Below the pieces are notes generated by a model that saw only the letters and a list, made by a program, of their open reading frames with translations, did not search any database and was not told where the DNA came from. From assembly GCA_951406725.2 (NCBI GenBank), contig OX597823.1:57722001-57786000 (forward strand): a stretch of 64,000 bases of DNA, written 5' to 3'. Position 1 is the stretch's first letter; each line of letters starts with the position of its first letter. Source of the stretch: Octopus vulgaris. Lineage: Eukaryota. Shown piece after piece: positions 12,795 to 23,894 of this stretch. The position numbers and the translations under genes are program-made.

Positions 12795-14031
12795 ATGGCA
12801 ATGAAAAATAACAAACTTTTGGAATGGGAGATCATACCGCCTAAAAAGTGGTTAAAAGACCGTGAAGATAGGACGGTGGTGTTGAGAACCTACTCCAAGG
12901 CACTCGACACCATCGCCCTATTCGAAAAGACGGCAATTGAAAAGGAGTTGGAAGAGTATTTGCCAACAATTAAATTCATTTCCAGGGGTGTCAAATATGC
13001 AACGGTGTGGTTGCTATTTGACACCCCTGAAGAGGCTTGCAAATTTGCTAGCAAACCCCTGGAGGGTAAGGAAATCTTATTCCTGCCCACGTACAAAAAA
13101 AAGAAATTGATGAAAGCTTGGATTTGCGGTCTGCCACCCGACATAAAACCCGAGTGGATAGAGGAGACTATCCGCCGGGGTCTGGGTGGCAGCGAAACTA
13201 AGCTCCTTAATGTAAAAGTTCTTCCTGCGGCTGCTTGGTTTGGGTCAAAAGCAATTTTGACCCTGTGGACCCAATCAGCCAATCTGGTTCTTCCAGATTT
13301 TTTGAAAATGGCCGGGTGAAGGCACCCGGTGATGGTTGAGGGTCGCCCCCCTAAGTGTCATCGGTGCTTGGAGTCCGGCCACATAAAGAAGAACTGTCCC
13401 CGGGAACAAAATAGGATCCCGGAACAGTTAAGTAAAACCCCTCTAGAAGAGGGAATGATAACGGCCGAGAAAGCAGAGGACTCCTCAAACAGAGGCCGAA
13501 AGAGGAAGATGAGCAACAATGGGTGCTCACCAAAGGATAATAGGGATGAGGAGAGGAAGGCGAATCTTCCAGCCACGGAGGAGACGCACCCTCCCTCAGT
13601 TGAAAAGGGAAAAAAAGAAAAAGAGGAAGTAAAACGGGACATTACCGACTGTCAGTGTAGCACCGGAATGTCCCGGAACTACGTCGGTTGGGGTTGTGCC
13701 ACCGACAAGAGAAGGAATACCGTTGACGGGAACTGTGCCGCCACCGAAAGAACTGAACGTATTGGTCCTCTTCTATAGAGGAGGAGAAATTGAAAAAGTG
13801 ATGGAAGAGCATCACAAGGGAGCACCTTTAGCCTTCACACAGGACCCCGAATGGCCTCCGTAGGTAGCTGTGGAGGCCGTGACGTTCGACGTGACGCTTG
13901 GGCTAAAGGAGCTCAAGGAAGACTATAACTTGGTCCCGGGCGACGCTGACTCGGAACTTGATTACGTTCTGAGGGAGGCGTGGTTGATGGTGGAGGGCGC
14001 GGGCACAAGCGACTTCGAGGACGATATGTAA
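12795..14031 (+). pseudogene. Disrupted gag-like ORF1 with CCHC zinc knuckle
   Basis: ORFs 12795..13319 and 13329..13778 are in one frame across a single TGA (MAG*RHPVMVEGRPPKCHRCLESGHIKKNCP, CX2CX4HX4C). After a probable frameshift near the A-rich run at ~13605-13625 the frame continues ...LNVLVLFYRGG...EWPP*VAV...DFEDDM* to TAA at 14029-14031. Confidence 0.78.
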
Positions 14032-14044
14032 TTATTGAACTGTT

Positions 14045-14192
14045 ATTATTAGTAATGGACTGCTAAGTCCAAAAATTGAAAAGTTGTAAGAGGTTTAATA
14101 CCTCGTTTTGTATTTATTTTTATTAATAATGGACTGCTAAATCCAAAAATTGGAAAAATTGTAAGAGGTTTAATACCTCGTTTTGTGTTTAT
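14045..14192 (+). repeat. Two tandem ~75-bp copies in the 3' trailer of the ORF1-only element
   Basis: taatggactgctaa(g/a)tccaaaaattg...ttgtaagaggtttaatacctcgttttgt occurs twice in tandem. Confidence 0.85.
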
Positions 14193-14359
14193 CCTTAAAA
14201 AGAACAATGTTTTAGAGAAGCGAAAGTCGGCGGGCGCTTTTTGTCTTCTCCCATCCTTATCATCTTTCTTTCATTATCATTCACTTCATTAATGTCCTCG
14301 TCCAGCCCGCAAAGCTAACTTAATCTGTGCACTGCCTTTATGGCAAATGTTTTGAAATA

Positions 14360-14760
14360 AAGTAGCTTGCTAACCAACCACATGGTTCCGGGTTCAGTCC
14401 TACTGCGTGGCATCTTGGGCAAGTGTCTTCTTCTGCTATAGCCTCGAGCCGACCAATGCCTTGTGAGTGGATTTGGTAGACAGAAACTGAAAGAAGCCTG
14501 TCGTATATATGTATGTATATATATGTATGTGTGTGTATGTGTTTGTGTGTCTGTGTTTATCCCCCTAGCATTGCTTGACAACCGATGCTGGTGCGTTTAC
14601 GCCCCCGTCACTTAGCGGTTCGGCAAAAGAGACCGATAGAATAAGTACTGGGCTTACAAAGAATAAGTCCCGGGGGGGTCGATTTGCTCGACTAAAGGCG
14701 GTGCTCCAGCATGGCCGCAGCCAAATGACTGAAACAAGTAAAAGAGTAAAGAGTAAAGAG
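14360..14760 (+). mobile_element. SINE family A; its first bases (tgtgtggt...) lie at 12139-12161, split by the ORF1-only element
   Basis: Near-identical to 52750-53157 from aagtagcttgctaacc onward; tail gaaacaagtaaaagagtaaagag. Confidence 0.88.
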
Positions 14761-14996
14761 TATATAAGCGCAGGCTTGGCTGCATAGTAAGGAACTTGCT
14801 TCCCAGCATCATAGTCTGAGTTTCGTCCCGCTGCGTAGCACCTTGGGCAAGTGTCTTCTACTATAGCCTCAGGTCCATTCAATTGTTGTCGATAGTTATC
14901 CTCAATAATATTGATAGAAATGATAACTTATTATTAGACCTGTCACAAATACAACATAAAACACATAAAAGAATACGTCTCCGCTATTTAGAAACA

Positions 14997-15302
14997 GTGG
15001 AGGTTCAATGGCTCAGTGGTTAGGGCATCGGACTCGCGGTTTCGATTCCCAGACCGAGCGTTGTTTGTGTTTATTGAGCGAAAACACTTAAAGCTCCACG
15101 AGGCTCCGGCAGGGGGTGGTGGCGACCCCTGTTGTACTCTTTCGTCACAACTTTCTCTCACTCTTTCTTCCTGTTTCTTGAGTAACGCTGCGATGGACTG
15201 GCGTCCCGTCCAGCTGGGGGGAACATATGCGCCTCAGAAACCGGGAACCCGGGTCCATGAGCCTGACTAGGCTGGAAAAGGGCGCACAAATAAATAAAAT
15301 AA
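14997..15302 (+). mobile_element. SINE family C, tail type ii (V-domain-like ctgcgatggactggcgtcccgtccag)
   Basis: Same head as 9831, different 3' half; TSD tatttagaaaca. Confidence 0.87.
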
Positions 15303-15773
15303 TATTTAGAAACAGGAAATAACCACTAAATACCTGAATTAGAAGAGAGATAATCGTGCCCTTAAGCTTACACATTGCAGCAGAACGTGTCAGCAGATAT
15401 GTGTTCTCATGCTGTAAAAGATGCTACACTTATCAACACCAGCTGTCCAAAAATATCCCCGAGGTATCATTTTCCCATAAGAGGAAACTTTGTTGCCAAA
15501 TTTATTTAGATTGCTATTTGCAGGAAAGATTCTCCTGGTCATAATACCATGATGACATTAGAACCAGAATCTTAATCAACACCGTTAGAGATGGGAAATA
15601 ATGGTGGGGCATTCTCAAAAAAAGTAGGATACAAAAAAAAAAGAGGTCGATACAACTTGAGGTAGTCTTGATAATAGTCTAATGAACTGAAAATTGAAAC
15701 TTAGCAATGATGTAAAGGGAACCTCTGTAGTGAATATCAATGACTCATCTAAAATTACGAAAAGTAAAAAATA

Positions 15774-16271
15774 CCGTAAATCCTCGAGTATAATCCGCAT
15801 TTTTTCCTCAAAATTTAAAGATCAAATTTCCCTAGTGCGTACTATATACGAGGTTAAAAATGAAAAATATTTTCTATGCAATGTCCGAGCCTCTGTTTGC
15901 TGTCCGGCAATGTTTATTCAGACGCATGTTGTGATGTCCGGCGCGAAAATACCTTAAGCTAAGCCTGAAAGCAATGAGGTCATAAAAGAATCATCCATAA
16001 CTTGCAGTAAGCATCATTTATTAGAATAAAAGCATTCAGAACACAGAATAACATATAACAAAAACAATTTGCAAACATTTACATTCCCATTATTGTATTA
16101 CGCATGCGCGGAAGTGTTTGTTCGACTAGGTGCTGCTGGCTTAATTACGCACGACTCACGTTAGAGAAGTGGTGCGTATTACCCACAAGGTTTAGATTTT
16201 TCAGAAGTACAGCCCCCTAAAAATCCCCTGCGTATTATACTCAAGGGCAGACTATACTCGAGAATTTACGG
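15774..16271. mobile_element. Tc2/pogo-type MITE (~500 bp)
   Basis: TIRs (TA)ccgtaaatcctcgagtata / tatactcgagaatttacgg; CCGTA termini are typical of Tc2-like elements; no ORF. Confidence 0.72.
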
Positions 16272-16571
16272 TCCGTTAAATTCATGAAGTTACGTCATGT
16301 GTACCCAAGTTATAATTTCATTTGTACTCAAAATCTTAAGTGCACTGAGGTATGTAACAAAAAATGTATATATAAATCTAGAAATGCTGCGCTTATTGAA
16401 GGAATAACCAAACAAACTGACATACATCCTCCAAAATCCAATCGAAATTAATGGTACAGTGAACATTTGGCAAACGTTCCAAGGAGTTCTCCTTTGAGTT
16501 TCCTGAAATGAGCATATGCACAAAATAACATGGCAAAACGTGGCATACTCACGCACGTGCATATAAATACA

Positions 16572-16628
<57 letters not shown>

Positions 16629-16635
<7 letters not shown>

Positions 16636-16920
16636 CGTATGGTTCAGTTGTTAGAGCGTCAGGCTTACAATCGAGAAGTTGTGAGTTAGATTCTCGGACC
16701 GGGTTGTGTGTTGACTTCCTGAGTAAGACCCTTTATTTCAGGTTGTTCCACTTGACTCAGGCGGCAAGATATATCGGCCTATGCCTTTCTCTTGGGCAAC
16801 ATCGGTGGCGTGGAGGGAGGACGACTTCTGGTCTTTCATACACAACCTTGTCATGACTCATGCCTCGGTGGGGTACTTTCTAAGTTCAATCAGGTGGTCA
16901 TTTTTGACTAAGGTGGTCCG
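16629..16920 (+). mobile_element. SINE family C-related, tail type iv, decayed
   Basis: tRNA-like head gtgaaagcgtatggttcagttgttagag; 3' half aligns with the reverse complement of 53617-53800. Confidence 0.68.
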
Positions 16921-16939
16921 TACTCTCTCTGTCTGCCTG

Positions 16940-17079
<140 letters not shown>

Positions 17080-18022
17080 CATCATTACATAGACATACAT
17101 ACATATATATATATATATGTATATATATATATGTATGTGCATGTATGTATGTATGTATGTATGTATTTATGTATGTGTATATATGTATTTATGTATGTGT
17201 ATGTATGTATGTATGTATGTATGTATGTATGTATGTATGTATGTATGTATGTATGCATGCATGTATGTATGAATGTATTGATCTGTATATACATAGTAAT
17301 CTTTTATTGAGCGAGACAGACATATAATCAGTCAGACAGACAGACAGGTAGATAGACAGATCAACCGATATGTAGACACCGAAACACAAAACAAAGACAG
17401 ACCGATAAAATGTAAAAAAAAAAAAAAAGAACAAAAAAGAACAAAAAAGAACAAAGTGGAGTTGGGGGTGCGCTTACTAAACGATATGGGACTAGATATA
17501 ATAAATACAAAATATATTCCATGTTATTATTTTCTTTGATGTTTCTTCTATACAATGCTTGATAGAACATAAAGAAATACTTTCATCTATTGTAAACTTC
17601 CATCGATAAGGGAAACATAGATGAACATATATGATTTTGGGAGGTCTGTGTTTTATTTCAGTGCATGGTGAGAGCATTGAAATTTTACTAACAGTATAGA
17701 TGATGATATCGTTTTTTGATATCTGCACGTATTAAATGTTAATGAACAGTAGTGTTGTATTTGGAACAAAACAAACAAAGAATATACAATTGCTATGTAT
17801 ATATGTGCGATAAAGGAGCATTTGCTAAAAGAAGAAGAACAACAACAAGAAAAAAACACAATAAGACTACAAAAATAAATGAAGAGCACTATATATATAC
17901 ACATTCATTCACGCATGAACGCGGGGTGCGTGATGTATGTGTATATATGTGTTATGTTTGTCTCATAGGAGACGAGCAAGTTCGAAGTCCCTGTCAACTC
18001 TTTATCTTGTAAAATTTAATAA

Positions 18023-18106
<84 letters not shown>

Positions 18107-18499
18107 ACATATATATTTTTCTGTATGCTTAAATGCGTGCAGTTGTATACTTTTATTTACGTACTGTTATGTGTACTTTCCTTTGCATTATATGTATATA
18201 CATGTGTGTGTGAGTGTGTGTATGTGTGTGTGAGTATGCACTTGTATGTACCAATATTATATTTGTATATTTGTATTTCAAACACTGCATGATAAAAATT
18301 GTGACGACTATCGCTTCAAATCTTTGTTTGAACATCTAAGGCCAGTACCATGTAACTATCTTATTCATGTGATCATTTAGTGATTATCTCCCCTGTTTAT
18401 CTCTTGTTTTGTTTTGGTTTTCTGATATATTGGTTGTTCAACGACTGTGTCATACTGTGCTACTGAACAAAATGTGTTGTTTTGATTATCGAATCATAA

Positions 18500-18579
18500 A
18501 TAGATATGAAAGCATATCTATAAATATGTATGTATGCAGATAAGTATGCAGATATGTACGGGTATATATACACATACAC

Positions 18580-18628
<49 letters not shown>

Positions 18629-18891
18629 TGTGTGTGAATATGTGTATACATGCATTCATATGTATGTATACATATATATACTTATATACATGTATAAATA
18701 CATACCCATATACATGTGTGTATATATATATTGTGTGCGTGTATGTGTGTGTATATGTATATATATATATACAAGTATACATGTGTATATACATATATAT
18801 TGTCTGTGTATGTGTGTGTATATGTATATATATATATATATATACAAGTATACATGTGTATATACATATATATTGTCTGTGTATGTGTGTG

Positions 18892-18923
<32 letters not shown>

Positions 18924-19022
18924 AATGTGTGTGCATATGTGTATACAAGTATCTATATGTATGTATACATATATATATATACTTATTTACATGTATATAT
19001 ATACACATGTATAAATACACAC

Positions 19023-19063
<41 letters not shown>

Positions 19064-19260
19064 GTGTGTGTATGAGAGAGAGAGTGTGTGTGTGCGTGTA
19101 CATGTCGGAATAGAAACTTTTACTCTCTCAGAGTTACAGATGCCAACATACACTACACGCATATATCCATACACACATACACATGTACATTTATATGCTT
19201 ATGTGTGTGTGTGTGCGAGTGTGTGTGTATGTGTTTGTGTCCCGTTGTATATATCTATAT
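18500..19260. repeat. Compound (TA)n/(TG)n region with higher-order ~70-bp duplications
   Basis: tacaagtatacatgtgtatatacatatatattgtctgtgtatgtgtgtgtatatg occurs twice in tandem at ~18770-18900. Confidence 0.85.
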
Positions 19261-19889
19261 AGTCACACTCACAATGGGTTTCTATTCATGGCTGTACAAG
19301 TATACATTCATAAAAATGACTACGTTTTACTGGTTTTAACCATTCAACTGGGGTTTTGTAAAAGCATTTATATATTTCCATCACTCCCAGTACATATTTC
19401 AGTCGAATGCTTATATATATATTTGCCAAATTGATGGGTTATATTTTTAATACATATACCGAACTCTAAATTATACATTCAAGGTATTCACCAAAAATGT
19501 ACTCACATTTTGACTCCGCATAACTCATTGAATTTTTCACCGCTTCTCAGTTCAAAATGACCCTATTTATGGCAGAAATACAACTAAGATTTGAAGATAG
19601 AAAATTTTTCCTAAATTGCTACTGGAAGCACGAAAATATCATAGAAATATAATTATGCCTTTAGGCATATAAAAGGGAAGGGTTTACGAATGAAGTTCCG
19701 TTTCGGACAGATTTTTCATAAAATATATCAGTACACTAATTCACAAATTCTTTCTAGGCTCCGAAAAAGCTTAACGTTGGTATAAATAATGGAGAAACGA
19801 AAGAAATTACATATGGGTTCTTCTTTTAGATAATTATGTCAACTTTTCCCTTGTCCTAGCATGGCCACAGTCTAATATCTTTTGTTTCA

Positions 19890-20070
19890 TTCACTCATTG
19901 GGCAACACCTTGTAGAGTTTGGCTTCGTTCTGTCATATCCACCCACAAGTCTTTAATCATCTCGGGGCTATAGTAGAAGACACCTGTTCGCGAGGCGCTA
20001 CGCAGTGTGAATGAACCTGAGACTATGTGATTGGGAGGTAAGCTTCTTGCCACACGGCTACGGTTGCTAC
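19890..20070 (-). mobile_element. SINE family A, decayed
   Basis: ggctatagtagaagacac...aagcttcttgccacacggc is the reverse complement of the family A head. Confidence 0.65.
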
Positions 20071-20136
20071 TAAGATGGGGAGAAGAAATGCATGAAGCTA
20101 CAAATTATAAACAAAGCTTGTGCGTATGTACGCATA

Positions 20137-20520
20137 CGAGGTAGTATCAAAATGTTCCTGGAATAGCTATGTTGGATAAAAAATAATTAATTTTCCTAAG
20201 TCTTAGCATTATCTCCTTCGAAATAGTCACCTTGCGCAGCACTACACCGGTCCCAGCATTCTGTCACTTTTGAAATCTAGCGTGGAAGTCGTTTTCCGTA
20301 AGCGAGTCGAGGACCTTCTGCGATTCGCTGTAACTCCCGACAACAGTGTTAAAACGGGCGACTCTTGAGCTGCATTTCATCTTGGAGAAAAGATGGAAGT
20401 CTGCAAATGCTAAATCTGGCGAAGAGGATGAGTGCGGAAACGATACTATGTTGTTTTTGGTGACAAACTCATGAGTGAGGAGAGCTCGGTGACAGTGTCC
20501 ATTGTCGTAGTGAATAATCC
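20137..20520 (-). mobile_element. Mariner transposon 3' remnant
   Basis: TA-cgaggtagtatcaaaatgttcc terminus; minus-strand translation gives PHSSSSPDLAFADF (YSPDLAP motif) and WDRCSAAQGDYFE (mariner C-terminus). Confidence 0.78.
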
Positions 20521-20639
20521 AAATTATTCGAGGTCATACATATATGTTTGTACATGTATAATTTCCGTGCTTTATTTTTCAGAGAAAATTAATGCTATAC
20601 ATTTGCATTTTGTTTTACAGATTAGATTTTTTAAAGAAA

Positions 20640-20879
20640 ATGGCCACAGAACTTGAACAACAAGGCTCTGATATATTTGCGGAGAAATTGAAGAAAGGAC
20701 AAAAACCGCCACCTGAAACGGGTCCTGGTAGTCGAATCATAGCTCTACCTTTACCAGTTCAAAAGAGAATCAAGAGGTTGAGCAAAATCGAAGTTGAGAT
20801 GCGATTTTCGACTCTTGGCATGAAAATGATTACACGTGAAATTTTCGAAAATGAAGAAATATTAGAGAAATGCGTTGCG
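20640..20879 (+). CDS. LRR-only protein gene, coding exon 1 (80 codons, MATELEQQ...EILEKCVA)
   Basis: Acceptor ttttgttttacag ends at 20620, ATG in AAAATGG context at 20640, phase-0 donor GCG|gtaaga at 20880. Joining to 43587 completes an LRR (LEKCVA|ILASNNRL). The frame is open back to the acceptor, so an upstream coding exon is not excluded. Confidence 0.72.
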
Positions 20880-21124
20880 GTAAGAAACCCTTACATTTTT
20901 AAGAATTTTTCTTCCGTTTCGGACAGATTTTTTTTCATCAAATATGTCCGTGCACTAATTCACGTATATAGCTTGGTGTTGGTATAAATAATGGGGGAAC
21001 GAAAGAAATTACATATGGGTTCTGTATTTGGATTATTATGTCAACTTTTCACTTGTCCCAGCATGGCCACAGTCTAATGACTGATACGAGTAAAAGATTA
21101 TATATATATATATATATATATACA

Positions 21125-21371
21125 GGCGCAAGAGTGGCTGTGTGATAGGAAGCTTGCTTCCCAACCATATGGTTGCGGATTTAGTTCCACTGCGTGGCAC
21201 CTTGGGCAAGTGTCTTCTACTATACCCTCTGGCCGACCAAAGCCCTGCGAATGGATTTGGCAGACGGAAACTGAAAGAAGCCCGTCGTATATATATATAT
21301 ATACGTGTGTGTGTGTGTATTTTCCGACCATCACTTGACAACCGATGGGGGTTTGTTTACGTCCCCGTAAA
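21125..21371 (+). mobile_element. SINE family A, 3'-truncated
   Basis: Starts ggcgcaagagtggctgtgtg; contains accttgggcaagtgtcttctac and gacggaaactgaaagaagcccgtcg. Confidence 0.85.
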
Positions 21372-21827
21372 TTAAATAGAGAGATGCAATTGACAGATTA
21401 ACAATTTTTTTAATATTATAATAAACATAATAAACCTCAAGTTACCACCTCTTGTAAATTTTAATCACAGTGCAGCCCCATTTAGATACCTTTTTACATA
21501 AAATCCAATTTGTATTAACGTTCGCATTCTTCATTTTATAGATTAGATTAGATGCCAATCGCGCCAATTTGGAGGGGCATAGAGCTCCTTTGAATCGTTA
21601 AAAAAAATCCCTCTTCTCACCATATCGACCGCATCTTTCCAGATAGCGTATTTTAACCTACTGAACTCACTGCCTCATCAAGCTTTTTATGCCTGTGTCA
21701 ACTTTCATCTTGATTAAACCAATGCTCTAGCCACCAACCTCTAACGTACCAAAATGTGCACACAATTTTGACCCAAAGCCATTTATATATATATAGATAG
21801 CAGAGAAACCCGGTCTTGCTCGGGATT

Positions 21828-22686
21828 AAAATAGTTTATCAGTTCACCAAAGGACATCGATAAAATAAACTAGCGGTTCGCCAAAGGTGATCGATAAAAT
21901 AACTTAGCGGTTCACCAAAGGAGATCGGTAAAATAACTTAGAGATTCACCATACGTGATCGATAAAATAACCTAGCGGTTCGCTAAACGTGATGCATAAA
22001 ATAATATGGTGGTGCGCGAAAGGGATTCGATAAAATAACCTAGCAGTTCACCAAAAGTGATCGATAACATAACTTAGCGGTTCGCCAAAGAAGATCGATA
22101 AATAACTTAGAGGTGCGCCAAAGTAGGTCGATAAAATAACTTAGCGGCTCACCAAAGGGATCCGATAAAATAACTTAGCGGTTCGCCAAAATTGATCAAT
22201 GAAATAACGTAGCAGTTCACCACAGAAGATCGATAAAATATCTTAGCGATTCGCCAAATGTGATCGTGAAAATAACTTAGCGATTCGCCAAATAATATCG
22301 GTAAAATAACTTAGCGGTTCGCCAAACATGATCGAGAAATAACATAGCGGTTCGCCAAACGGATCGATAAAATAACTTAGCGGTTCGCCAAACGTGATCG
22401 ATAAAAGAACTTAGCGGTTCACCAAAGATCGATAAAATAACCTAGCGGTTCGCCAAACGGATCGATAAAATAACTTAGCGGTTCACCAAAATTGGGTGAT
22501 AAAATAATGTAGCTGTTCGCCAAAGGAGATCGATAAATTAACTCTGCGGTTCACCAAACGGGATCGATAAAATAAGCTATCTTCGCCAAACGAGATCGAT
22601 AAAATAACTTCGCGGTTCGCCAAAGAAGACAGATAAAATATCTTAGCAGTTCGCCAAAGGAGATCGATGAAATAACTAAGCGGTTC
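21828..22686 (+). repeat. Minisatellite, ~25.5 copies of a ~34-bp unit (AAAATAACTTAGCGGTTCGCCAAANNNGATCGAT)
   Basis: Units counted directly; diverged copies with small indels. The unit matches the SINE-A internal segment acttagcggttcggcaaaagagaccgatagaataa. Confidence 0.95.
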
Positions 22687-22800
22687 TCTCGGACTCTCCC
22701 TCGCTTTCTCTTACTCTCTATCTTTCTCTATGTATCTCTCTCCCATTTATAAAAAAATCGATTTCCGCGCTTAAATTACAAATTCGTTTCCACAAACTAA

Positions 22801-23271
22801 CAAATTGAACCACATTGGTTGATTAGTTTTTAGTACAAAACATGACATAACATTTCTTACGGCCGTTTCTGCTTCTAACGTTAGTGGGTGCTTACGAAAG
22901 AAATTCCGAAAATAATATTCGTCATCTTCTTCATAGCACACTCGATCTAGTACATGGAGCTTCATCAGTTTGAGTACAAATGCGTATAATAAAATAAACG
23001 ATGGGAAGAGGAAACAGGAAAGAACAGGGCCTCGAGAAGAGGCCAGAAGGCTCAATATATTAAAATCATACCATTTTGCAGCGTGGAGCTTGAAGTCGAT
23101 TCCCTTCGTTTATTTTATTTTACGCAGTTGTATTCACTCTGATGAAGCTCCATCGAATGTGCTGTGAAGATGATGGATATTATTTTCGGAATTTCTTTCG
23201 TAAGCACCGACTAAGACTGGAAGCGGAAACGTCCGTAAGAAACGATATGCCATGTTTTGTGGTTCAATTTG
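22801..23271. repeat. Long imperfect inverted repeat (arms 22801-23006 and 23101-23271)
   Basis: For example gtgcttacgaaagaaattccgaaaataatat versus atattattttcggaatttctttcgtaagcac, and caaattgaaccac versus gtggttcaatttg. Confidence 0.9.
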
Positions 23272-23410
23272 CTTGTTGATTAAAAGTTTTTTCCATTTTC
23301 TGATTATTAAAATTTGATTCCTGATAAACTTTTGTTTATTCTGATACCGCTAGTAAATACGGTCACTATCATCCCTTAGTCGGTTACTACAACTGCTAAC
23401 TCTACTAACC

Positions 23411-23480
<70 letters not shown>

Positions 23481-23486
<6 letters not shown>

Positions 23487-23781
23487 ATCACGTGACCGAC
23501 CAGACCATCAGATGTTGTTACACATCGCTGGTCACAATGCGTTCGCATTGTTTTAGCATTCGAAAGACGCCACCCCGCTGGCTAAGCGAGCAGGCCAACA
23601 GAAGAAAGAGTTGGAGAGAGAGTGGTGAAAGAGTACAGCAGGGATCACCACCCCCTGCCGGAGCCTCGTGGAGCTTTTAGGTGTTTTCGCTCAATAAACA
23701 CTCACAACGCCCGGTCTGGGAATCGAAACCGCGATCCTGCGACCGCGAGTCCGCTGTCCTAACCACTAGGCCATTGCGCCT

Positions 23782-23785
<4 letters not shown>
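23481..23785 (-). mobile_element. SINE family C, tail type iii (ends CACGTGATCACGTG then (AT)n)
   Basis: Reverse complement of the family C head at 23640-23785; the same tail recurs at 24569. Confidence 0.88.
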
Positions 23786-23851
<66 letters not shown>

Positions 23852-23852
23852 G

Positions 23853-23890
<38 letters not shown>

Positions 23891-23894
23891 AGAG

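Larger units (their letters stand above)
12162..14359 (+). mobile_element. ORF1-only (half-LINE) non-autonomous non-LTR retroelement, L1/Tx1-like ORF1
   Basis: Flanked by direct repeat aagtagctt(a/g)ctaac at 12147-12161 and 14360-14374. It contains a ~630-bp leader, a disrupted ORF1 and a ~330-bp trailer ending at an AATAAA that overlaps the right TSD. No endonuclease or RT sequence is present. Confidence 0.72.
19696..21078 (+). repeat. Diverged ~170-180-bp direct repeats (19696-19876 and 20912-21078) bracketing LRR coding exon 1
   Basis: Both run ttccgtttcggacagattttt...gttggtataaataatgg..gaacgaaagaaattacatatgggttct...tatgtcaacttttc.cttgtcc.agcatggccacagtctaat. Confidence 0.88.
21797..23410 (-). 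mobile_element. Putative non-autonomous Helitron-like composite element (right boundary uncertain)
   Basis: On the minus strand the left end reads cccgagcaagaccggg (hairpin) tttctctg CTAT, i.e. a Helitron-like 3' hairpin about 8 nt before a near-CTAG terminus, next to (TA)n. It carries an internal minisatellite and an inverted repeat. Confidence 0.5.

Noticed and set aside
13317-13319. Programmed readthrough or selenocysteine at the in-frame TGA of ORF1
   Set aside because: The same ORF has a second stop and a frameshift; CGA-to-TGA decay is the simpler explanation.
21828-22686. CRISPR-like appearance of the 34-bp array
   Set aside because: Units are contiguous with only ~3 variable nt, there are no unique spacers or cas genes, the context is eukaryotic, and the unit matches a SINE segment.
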